This document shows positions 26,601-39,804 of a stretch of 64,000 nucleotides of DNA, piece after piece. The number at the start of each line of letters is the position of its first letter. Positions within the stretch are counted from its first letter, which is position 1. Where the stretch lies: assembly GCA_012295275.1 (NCBI GenBank), contig CM022666.1:6634001-6698000 (forward strand). The letters run 5' to 3'. The position numbers and the translations under genes were made by a program. The notes below the pieces were generated by a model. That model saw only the letters and a program-made list of their open reading frames with translations, was not told where the DNA came from and ran no database searches. The DNA comes from Chrysomallon squamiferum (Eukaryota > Animalia > Mollusca).

Positions 26601-28244
26601 CACCTATATATAAATATAAAACAAACATACAGACACAATACACAATATATAAATATAAAACAAATATACAGACACAATACACAAATATAAACAAACATGC
26701 ACACAATACACAAACATATAAATATAAAACAAACATGGAGACACAATACACAAACATATAAATGTAAAACAAACTTTCACACACAATACACAAACATATA
26801 ATATAAAACAAATATACAGCCACAATACACAAACATAAAACAAACATGCAGACACAATACAAAACATAAACAAAACAAACATGCAGACAGAACACACTAA
26901 CATATAAATATAAAACAAAACACAGACACAATACACAAACATATAATATAAAACAAACAAACAGACACAATACACAAACATATAAATATAAAACAAACAT
27001 ACAGACACAATAGACAAACATATAAATATAAAACAAACATACAGACACAATACACAAACATATAAATATAAAACAAACATACAGACACAATACACAAACA
27101 TATAAATATAAATATACACACACAATATACAAACATATAAATATAAAACAAACTTACAGACACAATACACAAACATATAAACATAAAACAAACTTACAGA
27201 CACAATATACAAATATATAAATATAAAACAAATATACACACACAATACACAAACATATAAACATAAAACAAACTTACAGACACAATACACAAACATATAA
27301 ACATAAAACAAACTTACAGACACAATACACACATATACATATAAAACAAACATAGACACACAATACACACATATACATATAAAACAAACATACAGACACA
27401 ATACACAAACATAAAAATATAAACAAACATACAGACACAATACACAAACATATAAATATAAAACAAACATGCAGACACAATACACAAACATATAAATATA
27501 AAACAAACATACAGACACAATACACACATATACATATAAAACAAACATACAGACACAATACACAAACATAAAAATATAAACATACAGACACAATACACAA
27601 ACATATAAATATAAAAGAAACATGCAGACACAATACACAAACATATAAATATAAAACAAACATACAGACACAATACACAAAAATATAAATATAAAACAAA
27701 TATACAGACACAATACACAAATATAAACAAACATGCACACAGTACACAAACATATAAATATAAACCAAACATACAGACACAATACACAAACATATAAATA
27801 TAAAACAAACATACAGACACAATACATAAACATAAAACAAACATGGAGACACAATACACAAAAATATAAATATAAAACAAACATACAGACACAATGCACA
27901 AACAAATATAAAACAAACATGCAGACACAATACAGAACATATAAATAAATATTAAAAAAACAAAAACAAACTGTTATCAACTGCAGAGAAAGAGACTGAC
28001 ATACAAATACTGAACAGACATTTCATGGATATAAACATCGGGTTTGAATCCGGCAATGTTATTTTGTTATTGTTTGTTTAAATGATGGTGATTTCACAAA
28101 TATATTCCAATTATTGATGTATAGTATGTTTCAGCAATTAATCTTGTACAAAACGTTATTCTGAAATAATAATTTCCTACCTTGAATATTGAAAAATTCA
28201 GAGAGTGCAAAAACACATGACAATGAACATGGCTGTCCTCTGAG
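23670..28244 (-). ncRNA. Putative structured repeat-rich lncRNA, copy 2
   Basis: Block A 23783-23930, block B ~24650-24940, intron 28180-27981. Complementary pairs 28232-28242/24764-24774, 28093-28103/24896-24906, 28024-28038/24915-24929. Confidence 0.5.
25050..27945. repeat. Minisatellite (~38-40-bp unit family, core AACAAACAT(G/A)CAGACA)
   Basis: Directly visible tandem array homologous to 15640-17612. Confidence 0.95.
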
Positions 28245-28313
28245 TGTGACGTTATTTCATTATTGACGTCACTGCCGTTATTCTCCGGCTATTTACGCTG
28301 TTGTCGAAACAAC

Positions 28314-28367
<54 letters not shown>

Positions 28368-28599
28368 AAGAAGAACAAGACTTACAAAAAAGAATAAAAG
28401 AATAATTAATAAAGATTTAATAATTATTTATTTCTCCAAGCACAAAATCTTCTAGCAACACTTTTTAGTTAGGGCTCTTTGAACGAGACGTTTTGTTAGT
28501 TTGTTGTCACATGCACTTGTATTTGGCAGCACGTCAGAAGCATTCTAGATATCCAGGAACAGACTATGTTACTACTACTGCTACTACTACTACTACTAT

Positions 28600-28631
<32 letters not shown>

Positions 28632-28804
28632 ATAATAATAATAATAATAACAAAATTTATTTCACATGTGGATAACTTCTCGTTCTCTCAATGATGTCAT
28701 CCTGAGAATACGAGTAGCTTCCCTTGATATGTTGAAGCGATGGAAAATAGTACTGTTTTTAATTTACTGATCAGTTTTCGTTATCAGCTTTTGTCTGTCC
28801 TATT

Positions 28805-28922
<118 letters not shown>

Positions 28923-28968
28923 CAGTTTGAAAACATACACATTCATTATGGGGTCTCATTACTTAAAG

Positions 28969-30320
28969 TAGTGGTTCTCAAAGAGACATGCTTATGTGTG
29001 CCCTACGAAATTCGAGGATCTAGGAGATATTTGTGGTGATAAAAAATGTATTATGTTAAAAGCAGAAAGATATCCAGTAAGAAATAGCCGGTTGCCCGGA
29101 AGAAGATTTTATACACGTTATAAACTGTTTCGAAATGAGTAGTTTATACAGTGACAGTATGAGTGACAGGGTGTGCAAGTGTGATAAATAGCCAAAGTTT
29201 TCTTGTGACACATATTCCTGTCACTGTCACAGTCACTACCCATCTAAAACTTTAATACTTTATGGAATTTTAGCCTATCATAGGTGTTACATTTGTTAAA
29301 AACAAACGATTGATAAAAGTTTTCCCCCACTGCACAATGCACGCCATAAAAAATATAGCCTTTGTATAGTTTTTTGATATTTTAACATTGCTTTGTATGA
29401 CATATTACAATATTTTTGAAGAAATTGTCAACACATGTCAGGCTCGTACCTCTCATCAGCACAAAACACATGATGAATAAACGTATATACTCACACAAGG
29501 CTTTAACTAAATATATCAGTGAGCATCTCTCACACAAGGCTTTAACTAAATATATCAGTGAGCATCTCTCACACAAGGCTTTAACTAAATATATCAGTGA
29601 ACATCTCTCACACAAGGCTTTAACTAAATATATCAGTGAACATCTCTCACACAAGGGCGGCAACTCTAAATATATCAATGAACATCTCTCAAACAAGAGC
29701 GGTAACTCTAAATATATCAGTGAGCATCTCTCAAACAAGGGCGGCAACGCCAAATATATCAATGAACATCTCTCAAACAAGAGCGGCAACTCTAAATATA
29801 TCAGTGAGCATCTCTCAAACAAGGGCGGCAACGCCAAATATATCATTGAACATCTCTCACACAAGAGCGGTAACTCTAGATATATATGAATGAACATCTC
29901 TCACACAAGGGCGGTAACTCTAGATATATCAGTGAACATCTCTCACACAAGGGCGGTAACTAAATATATCAGAACGTCTCTCACACAAGAGCGGTAACTC
30001 TAAATATACCAGTTAACATCTCTCACACAAGGGCGGTAACTCTAAATATATCAGTGAACATCTCTCACAGAAGAAAAACAAACAGTACAGATTCCAGACA
30101 AGAACCGTTTATACGCAAAATGATGAAGAATCTGATATAGATGTAGACCTCAGCAGCCTGCTCAACAACCGATTCACCTGCAATATCCTTCTTTCAGTTA
30201 TTTCTGCATTTGTTTTACATTTTGCATTATATTTCTTAGCATTTTGTGTATAATGTGCCCGCAATTTTTTGTAAGGCTTCAAGTGTACCACAACTTCAAA
30301 ATGTTTTTTGAGAACCACTG
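28969..30320. mobile_element. Non-autonomous hAT (Charlie-type) element carrying an internal minisatellite
   Basis: TIRs TAGTGGTTCTCAAA / TTTGAGAACCACTG. 8-bp TSD ACTTAAAG (28961-28968) / ACCTAAAG (30321-30328). The paralogous empty site CTCATTACCTAAAGCATGATC is present at ~18678-18698. Confidence 0.88.
29490..30070. repeat. 39/42-bp minisatellite inside the hAT element
   Basis: Units TCACACAAGGCTTTAACTAAATATATCAGTGAGCATCTC (39 bp), then TCACACAAGGGCGGCAACTCTAAATATATCAATGAACATCTC (42 bp). Confidence 0.93.
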
Positions 30321-30473
30321 ACCTAAAGCATGATCTATCTCTGAATAAATAATTTGTTTCTTACTTATACTGAATTTAATAATTTAATTCTGAATCCAGC
30401 TGTTGATCAAAAGACATGCCAGTAATCTGCAAATAGATCATTGTTTACTGTCTGTATCAGATGTAATAATAAA

Positions 30474-30506
<33 letters not shown>

Positions 30507-32019
30507 AATGCAGGATTCTAGACCTTTATTATATGCATAGTTATTGTGTGTGTCATACAATAGGTTTGATTTGAAACCAAACTTTATTAATAATAAATTT
30601 GAGAGTAGTATAACAAAAATGTTAAGATCTAATGTTTGCTAATAATAAAGTTGAAAATTAACATAACAACAAATAAAAAAATTGCTAATTGTGTTAAACT
30701 TATTTATTATTTCAAAACTGCCTCTCATAAATACTTTAAAACATTTTTAAAAAAAAGAGTAAAAAGATCTATCTTCATGATTGGCCCATAATTTTTTCAT
30801 TATTGTTTCCTTTATTATTTGTAAATGATGGTCATAACTCAAAAAATCACTTAAAGTGTACAATACGGATTGTATTTTATAAAAACATTTTTGTGAAAAT
30901 AAAAATAACAAAACAAAAACAGCAACAACAACAAAACATTTACTTTAATAATATTTTTAACATGTTTCTTTTCTTGATATTTTTAATATATTCCCATTTT
31001 CTTGTTTTCTATCTGTCATAAATTTGTTTGTCTAATATCTGCATGTCTGCTGTGTATTAACGTGTTTATATAATGTCTGCATGTTTGTTCTGTGTTAACG
31101 TGACATTATTAAAGTAGAAAATGACAGTAAAAGCTTTATATTTAAAGCACATACTTATAAATGATGTTATTTAATTTGTTATGTTTCTGTCATGGTGTGT
31201 AATTTAACATTGGGGTCCCAGTCCTAAAATGTATTTTAAAAAAAGACAGTGGAAAAGTTGAAGCATCATTGTTATAGAACGCACTGTCTGTTCTTTTTCT
31301 TAATTAATTATTTTGATTTTCAAACATTGGTTAATGAAACAATTAATTTTTGAAGAAAATAACTAATACTTGTTTTAATAAACGCTGAATTAAAGGCACA
31401 GATTAATTCTTAAATATTTAATTTATTTTTATGTAAATGTGTTATTTATCAAACAACATATATTTTTATTTTTAAATAAAAGAAAATAATGTTTTCTGCA
31501 CCTACGGTGAACAGTCCCCCAGTTAACTCGTTTTCAAGTATGAGTTAATCTGTATTAGCCACTCTGAGGTGGGCAGATAACTCACATTCAAGTTAGAGTT
31601 ATCGTGTATTAGCCTACCTGAGGTGGGGGTGTCATCACTCACCAGGTGACTCAATGTCGCTGCATTTTAGGTACAGTTTTAAAAAATATGTTAATAATAT
31701 TTGTACAAAAAGTAAAAATATGGTGAGGAATGATGGGAGAAAATAAATAAATATTAAAAATATAAAACAAATTTTGTTTATACTATAAGACACAACAAAC
31801 CGTTCCAACACAAATATTAATAACATTTTTTAAATTTACTTTATATCTAATATGAATCATACAATAATTTAAAAAAATAAAATAGATAGCTGATAACATT
31901 TACAATCATTTTGAAATTAACAGTGAATCAATTACATCATAATCTTTTCTTCAGAATAACATAATTATTGTATTTATATATTCGTTTATTTATTTATTAA
32001 TTCATTAACTTATTTATTT

Positions 32020-32260
32020 ATTTATATACATACTTTGCTTTATTTAAACTTATTTATTTATTTAGATACATACTTTGCTTTATTTAAACTTATTTATTTA
32101 TTTATATACATACTTTGCTTTATTTAAACTTATGTATTTTTTATATACTTACTTTGCTATATGTAAACATTTATTTATTTATATACATTCCTTTATTTGA
32201 ACTTATTTATTTATTTTTATACATACTTTACTTTATTTGAACTTATTTATTTATTTAATT
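32020..32260. repeat. AT-rich ~39-bp tandem repeat (TATACATACTTTGCTTTATTTAAACTTATTTATTTATT)
   Basis: About 6 degenerate copies visible. Confidence 0.75.
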
Positions 32261-33089
32261 TATAATTTCATTTCTTTATTTATTTATTTAGATAAATACC
32301 ATTTCACTTAATTATTTATTTTTAAACACTCTTTTTTTTATTTCCTTATATATAATTATTTATCAAAATTTTCAATAATGAGAGTATTTAGATATAAACA
32401 TAAAATAAAAATTAAACATTTCAGAAACAAATTTACTTGTATAATGTAATAATCATTTATTTTTAGTTAATAGTTTCTGTTTCATTTTACATTTACTAAT
32501 TAATATTTATATTATCCCTGACACAAAAAATTAAATTGATGAGAAAAAGTATAAAAATATACAATAGTTGTGTCCTGTAATATATGTAAAGTTTGGAAGC
32601 ATCTATCAAAACAAAAAGTAAAAAACTTAAAAAGTAAATTTTTGATGCATATTTTGACGGTTCACCAAAATAATGGAGATCGGAGAATTCTACAGTAAAA
32701 TTTGCCAAGTTTGATTTCCTAGATACCAAATTTGAAATAAACTCCAATCTGAGAACCTTACACTGACCAGAGGACAGCTGATGTCATGTCATGTGACTTA
32801 TCAATTACAACTGATCTTAGATCTTAAAACTAGTCATTGTCTGTTTGTATGTCTCTCATTTAGTATATTTGTCCTTGTATTTCAGTAAATAGGTCTGACA
32901 TAGTTGTGAATTGTTGTAATGTTTATATCCATATTTCTCCTATAAAAACTTGTAACAAAAACACACGAATACAAACACATTAAAAAAAACATACAGACAC
33001 AGACACATCTCCCGAGAAATAACTAAACATAAATACATACAAAGACATTCAATAAAGATATATAATGACATAAAATAAACAGACATGTG

Positions 33090-34560
33090 ACAAACAAGTT
33101 AATACAGAACAAACATGCAGACATTAGACAAACAAATTAACATGAAACAAACATGTAGACATTAGACAAACAAATTAACATGAAACAAACATGCAGACAT
33201 TAGACAAACAAATTAACATGAAACAAACATGCAGACATTAGACAAACAAATTAACATGAAACAAACATGCAGACATTAGACAAACAAATTAACATGAAAC
33301 AAACATGTAGACATAAGACAAATTAACATGAAACAAACATGCAGACATTAGACAAACAAATTAACATGAAACAAACATGCAGACATTAGACAAACAAATT
33401 AACATGAAACAAACATGCAGACATTAGACAAACAAATTAACATGAAACAAACATGTAGACATTAGACAAACAAGTTAACATGAAACAAACATGCAGACAT
33501 TATACAAACAAATTAACACAGAACAAACATGCAGACATTACACAAAAAGTTAACACAGAACAAACATGCAGACATTAGACAAACAAGTAATACAGAAAAA
33601 AACATGCAGACATTACACAAACAAGTTAACACAGAACGAACATGCAGACATTACAAACAAAAAGTAACACAGAACAAACATGCAGACATTAGACAAACAA
33701 GTAATACAGAACAAACATGCAGACATTACAAACAAGTCAAACAAGTTAACACAGAACAAACATGCAGACATTAGACAAACAAGTAATACAGAACAAACAT
33801 GCAGACATTACACAAACAAGTTAATACAAAACAAAAGTTAATATAGAACAAACAAACACACATTAGACAAACAAAAAATTCATGCAGTTAACACAAAACA
33901 AACAAACATGCAGACATTAGACAAACAAGTTCATACAGAACAAATATGCAGACATTAGACAAACAAGTAATACAGAACAAACATGCAGACATTACACAAA
34001 CAAGTTAACACAGAACAAACATGCAGACATTAGACAAACAAGTAATACCGAACAAACATGCAGACATTACACAAACAAGTTAATACAGAACAAACATACA
34101 CACATTAGACAAACAAGTTAACACAAAACAAACATGCAGACATTAGACAAACAAGTTCATACAGAACAAATATGCAGACATTAGACAAACAAGTTAATAC
34201 AGAACAAACATGCAGACGTTAGACAAACAAGTTAATACAGAACAAACATGCAGACATTAGACAAACACGTTAATACAGAACATGCAGACTTTACACAAAC
34301 AAATTAGTACAAAACAAACATGCAGACATTAGACAAACAGGTTAATACAGAACAAACATGCAGATATTATACAAAGAGGTAATACAGAACAAACATGCAG
34401 ACATTAGAGAAACACATTAAAACAGAACAAACATGCAGACATTAGACAAACGGTTTAATATACTACAAACATGCAGATATTAGACAAACAAATTAATACA
34501 GAGCAAACATGCACACACAATAAACAAACATATGCATATAAAACAAATATGCAGACATAC
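33090..34560. repeat. Minisatellite, ~37-38-bp unit AAGTTAATACAGAACAAACATGCAGACATTAGACAAAC
   Basis: Directly visible tandem array. The expanded unit differs from copies 1 and 2 but keeps the same core. Confidence 0.95.
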
Positions 34561-35258
34561 AGTATAAATACACAAACAAAGCAACACCCACATAGAAACA
34601 AACAATAAAGAAGCTATAAACACGAACTGAACGGGCAGGGAAAGATAAGTAACAAAGAATGTATAGAAGTAAATGGAAATAAATAAAATGAACAATTGTG
34701 CATACAAACATTAAACAAAAAACTGTAAGTGACAAATAAAAACCTAAGAAAGCAAGCAGACTGATAACTATAAACAAACACAGGACAGAGCCAATATGAC
34801 AGACAGACGAATGCACACATTTCACCTACGTATAAATATCAACTAACATAAAATTAAACAAGCCTGCAGAATACATAATTTATATCCACTGTAAAGAAAG
34901 AGAAAAACTCACAAATACTGAACATGGATATAAACATCGGATACGAGTCAGGTAATGTTGTTTTGTTACTGTTTGTTTAAATTACGGTTATTTCTTTTTA
35001 AAAAATCTGTTTTCTGTAGCATATTATGTTTCTGCGATTCATTCTGTAAAACATATTATTCAGAAATAATAATTTTTTACCTTAAATATAGAAAAATGAA
35101 GCAAGCGAAAAATCATATGACAATGAATATGGCTGTCCTCTGAAGTGACGTCATTTCATTATTGACGTCACTGTCGTTATTCTTCCGCTGTTATGTTGTT
35201 GAAACAATTAATAATAATAATTTGTTTACTGATTATTTCTAAAAAAAAAATTCAATTA

Positions 35259-35293
<35 letters not shown>

Positions 35294-35415
35294 ATAATAA
35301 TAATAATAATAATACAGACGAACACTTCTGAACGTGTCATGTCATTCCAATACAAGTTACATTATGTTTTTTTATTTTTATTTTGTCACAGCATTTGTAT
35401 TAGACAGCATGTCAG

Positions 35416-35456
<41 letters not shown>

Positions 35457-38400
35457 CTCTCTCTCTCCATTATTGATAATAATTGCAGGGTATATATGTA
35501 TATATGCACACACACACACGTCGTTTTATGTTAATCATATGATTTATATATTTGGTATGCATATATTTGTGTATATTAGACAACTAGATCGCATAATTAA
35601 TATATAAATGCGTAAACCTACTGCTTTATATAATATTATTTAGTATGTATTTAGATTTTAGTATAGCTGTGTGTATCTGTAAGGTAGAGTGGACTCTGTC
35701 AAAATCGGATTCAGTTGGAACCAAAACGGATATGCCATGTTAGACAGCATGTAGATTTATAAAGTTTAAACACGAAACTGGAATATGTTTTAACACAAAT
35801 GTTACAGTCTGTCGAGTGTCATCTGAGAAACAGCCTGTCACTGATGACTGCAAGGGGGTAATTTGGCGAAATATTCGCCGTTTTATTCTAAACTTCGCCT
35901 TACTTTTAACCCACGGCAAATCAAAGTCGGCTTTTATTTATTTATTTATTTTGTTTAAATATATCACTTGGAAGTTCAAGAATCGGTACACATTCTGAGA
36001 TCCAATTATTTTTATTAATGAATTATGTGACCAGCAGTACCAATAGATAAAAAAAAAAAAATTAAAATTAAAAAGGAATGTATTACTTTACAGATGTGAT
36101 TAGAGGTTGACAATAAACACAGTTCTTTTAAACTTGCAAACTAAATTAACTAAGATGGACATGATAACTGATTGTACAGAATTACCGTGTACAACAAAGA
36201 TTACAATTAACAAACCAACTTATGGAAAGAGTCAGTATACAATGCCTTGTTAAAGGTCCTCTTTTATTAGAAGCAGAACATACATGTATACGTGTAGATG
36301 TTAAATTCTAGTTTGTGACAGCTTTTGCTTCATTTGGCTTTTACAAAATCTCATTTCTCCTTGTTTTTCTAGCCTAGCGTGAATCCTGCACAACTAAATC
36401 TTTCTATTTATATGGTGGGTTTTGTTTTAGAATATATATATATATATATATATATATATTCTGCAGTCACTGTACATAGTAACAAGATACGATGAACGGA
36501 TACATTTCTATATTTTCTGGCACTGACCAATGATGGATTTATAAGGGGACAAATAAAGCAATTCCACCGACTTCCTTTATAAAAAGAAATTTTTTTTTTT
36601 TTTTTTTGCTTTATTATTAAAATGAATTAACTTGTCCTGAAGTCCCACAGTTCAGATAGGCTGTTACATAGTATGAATACAATAATCAATATCACAAACA
36701 GCAGTATATATATTTTTTATAAATTTAACAGTGATATAAAAGTCCTGAAAAAGCTTCTAAACCCTTTTCCACTAAAACCACCAATGTATTATATATAAAT
36801 ATATATATATACACACACATGTAACTGATTAATGAATGTTTGATTAATGAATGTTTCTTTAATTTTATCTGTTTCTTAGCAATTAAAATTAAAATTTAAA
36901 AAACAATCACTTTTTAAAATTAGTACAAATGAATATCATCCTAACACAGGGCACTGTTCACCTAAGGGGTATAAAATTTAGATTTAAAAAGATTATAATA
37001 ATGCTTACAAAAAATAAATATAATAAATATAAGCAATAAAAACAATAATAATAATAAATGGTTAATTAAAGACCTGATAATAATAAAAATAATGACAATA
37101 AAACAAAAGTGTACAACAATTTCTTTAATTACACAAACAGATATTCTTCACATTTTTTCAATATATATATATATATATATTTATACAAACACAATTGTTA
37201 GACATATTATTTAAAACTAAAGCTTGATTGGCATTTTAAAACTAGACTTTGTACAAGAAAACTGAAATTTTGAAAAACAAATCACAGAAAAGGCATTATT
37301 ACAAATAAGACAATTATTGTAACAATAATTTTAAAACTTCATTTTTGATGTAATTGCAAACTTTTTTTTTTATTATTCCTGGAGGATAAAAAAAAAAACA
37401 ACAACAGCAAAATGATTTCTACGAATTTAACACGACCCCACTGGTCAGTCAAATTCCCTTTCCAAACATTCTGCATCATGGTTTTTTTATCCTGCAAAAG
37501 TTTCAATAAATCTAACTGAAAAAGAGTCATCAAAACATACAACAAACTTCTGAAAAAGAATAAAATTGTGCGATGAAGGCAATTACTTGGCAATTGATCA
37601 ACAGATGAACAGGAAAGAAAACATTTGTCTGAACAACAAAATTAAAAAACACGAGTTTACAAGTAACTGTGGAAATAGACTTTCAAATGACTGGTTTGTT
37701 TCTTAAGTCAACGGCAACTATAGCTTTGCTAATAATAAAGTTTAGACAATTAAAATAAGTAACAAACGTGATAACACAAGTACGTCAACATTTTCTTTTC
37801 TCTTGAGACACATTTATAAAATATTCTCAAATTAGAAAAAAAAATAAAAAATTGTTTTTTTGTTCATTTTTGTTCTGGGGGCATTTTAAATATCTTTTAA
37901 CATTTCAGTGTTTAAAAGTTGTGTCATAGAAAGAAAGAAAATATTGACATCTGTGTATTTTCGTAAGCTTTTTTTTTTTTAATTGCTGTATTTTATTACT
38001 ATCAAGGTACTAGTCTCCAGAAACTAATAAAACCAAAATTTTGGAAGGGTACACCTCCCATCACCAGATGTACATATTAATCTTAATCAGCAATACAGAA
38101 AAACAAACATTTCATAATTAATATGACAGTAAGATGGTAAGGGTTACATATTAATTTTTTTGTTTAATATTGAACAAATAAAAACAGTCAGGATTTCCGA
38201 ATCCAGGAATTATGCAGTACGAAAAAAAAAATTTGATTAAAATTTGCATAATAAAACAGACATTATATGTCACAAGGATTTTTAAATAAATTCTGAAAAA
38301 ATGAAAACTTACTCTGTTTTAGTTTTGTTAAAAGGGAAAAATAATGTTAAGTTTTGTATTGTCCAACTGAATTTAAAAAAAAATCATAATGAAAAAAAAT

Positions 38401-38694
38401 CATAATAATAATAAAAAGAACGTATCATCCATTTTAATTAATTACTAATAATCAACAGTATTTTAGTTAATATTTAAGAAAAAAATGAAAACGATTTAGT
38501 TTAATTAATTAAAAAATTTAATTAAAGAAAAAAAAATCCCCTAAACACCCTCAAAACAAACTAAAAATAGTAAATAAAAAAAGAGAAGAGGAAAAAAACA
38601 CAACTCAAAATCTTGAATACATGATACTTTTTAAGAAAATAATCACCAACAAAATTTCGTCTTTTAAATTAATTATAAATATTTTATTAAAGAA

Positions 38695-38725
<31 letters not shown>

Positions 38726-38909
38726 TAGTAAATTAAAAAAAAAACAGAAGAGAAAAAACCACAACTCAAAATCTTGAATACATGATATTTTTTTTTTTTA
38801 AATAATCACTGACAAGATCTGGGTTTTTAATAAATATGTCTGTTTAATGATGAAGCTTTCTACCAAGAGTTCTCCATGTCACAGGTACTTGCAGGTCAGA
38901 TATACTGAT

Positions 38910-39010
38910 GATGTCACATCACCGCAGTCTCTAATCTATCCAGTGTCGATAAGCAGCCAGGCTGCTTTATATCGAAACCTTCATACGCAGAACTGTGAAG
39001 ATATGATATC
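38910..39010 (-). promoter_or_regulatory. SECIS element (type II) of SELENOT
   Basis: Minus strand: helix I CAGTTCT/AGAGACTG, core ATGAA (38984-38980) ... GGAT (38941-38938), helix II GGTTTCGATA/TATCGACACT, apical AAA, mini-stem GCAGC-CTG-GCTGC. Confidence 0.92.
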
Positions 39011-39804
39011 CACAGATAACTTACCAGAAAACACCTGAAAAAAAATGAATACATAAATAAATAAAATAAATACATAATATATATATATATATATATATAA
39101 GTAAATAATAATACAAAAATATAGAAATAATATAAATAAAATAAAATAAAAAATAATAATAGAAAACAAATTTGATAACAAACATTTTAAAGAAATAAAA
39201 TTAGTAAGTAAACTAAAGTAAAATTAAATAAATTAACAAGTTTTCATGATATTTAAATATTATGAAAACAGAACATACGAAAAAAATAAGCTCCAGGCTT
39301 GGGTGAAATATTTAAAAGTTTATTTTAGTTAATATTTAAGGCTAACTTCGAAAAGATTTCATTCAGTGACACAACAGCCCAAGTATCCTCTGACAGAGAA
39401 GACTTCAGACAGACATTAGGATGGACAATACTGGTTCTCTACCAGAAATAGGTCTGTATAATTTTTTGGTATAATGTCCAGTATGATGCCTGTTCTATCT
39501 TATTTCAAATCTTTACCTTTCAGTGTCATGAACCAGTCAGGCAGTTAAAATAAATATTAAAAAAAAAAAAAAAAATATTTTTATTTCCTAGGTATATTAG
39601 ATTTCTGAGAATTTAAAAATAAAAAAAAATAAAAAAAAATAATAACAACAATTTACAAAATTAATTTAAATTTTTTGCTCAAAGTTCTCCAAGAAACCAT
39701 TAACAACATAATTAGCCTTTATTTTTTGCTTTGAATATTTTTTTTGATAAAATAATATACATACCTGGGACATGGAGAAAAGTGTGGTAAAAACAAATAT
39801 TTGG

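Larger units (their letters stand above)
31384..35144 (-). ncRNA. Putative structured repeat-rich lncRNA, copy 3 (most diverged)
   Basis: Block A 31500-31647, block B ~32650-32940, intron 35080-34889 (AAG|GTAAAA ... TCTCTTTCTTTACAG). Pairs 35132-35142/32768-32778 and 34924-34937/32919-32932. Confidence 0.5.

Noticed and set aside
15433-27980. Long C/V/Y/L/F-rich ORFs (up to 458 aa)
   Set aside because: Overlapping in all frames of a stop-poor minisatellite whose 40-bp period is not a multiple of 3; not conserved in copy 3.
29382-29897. Repeat-protein ORFs (HKALTKYISEHLS...)
   Set aside because: Open only because the units are 39/42 bp; inside a non-autonomous hAT element.
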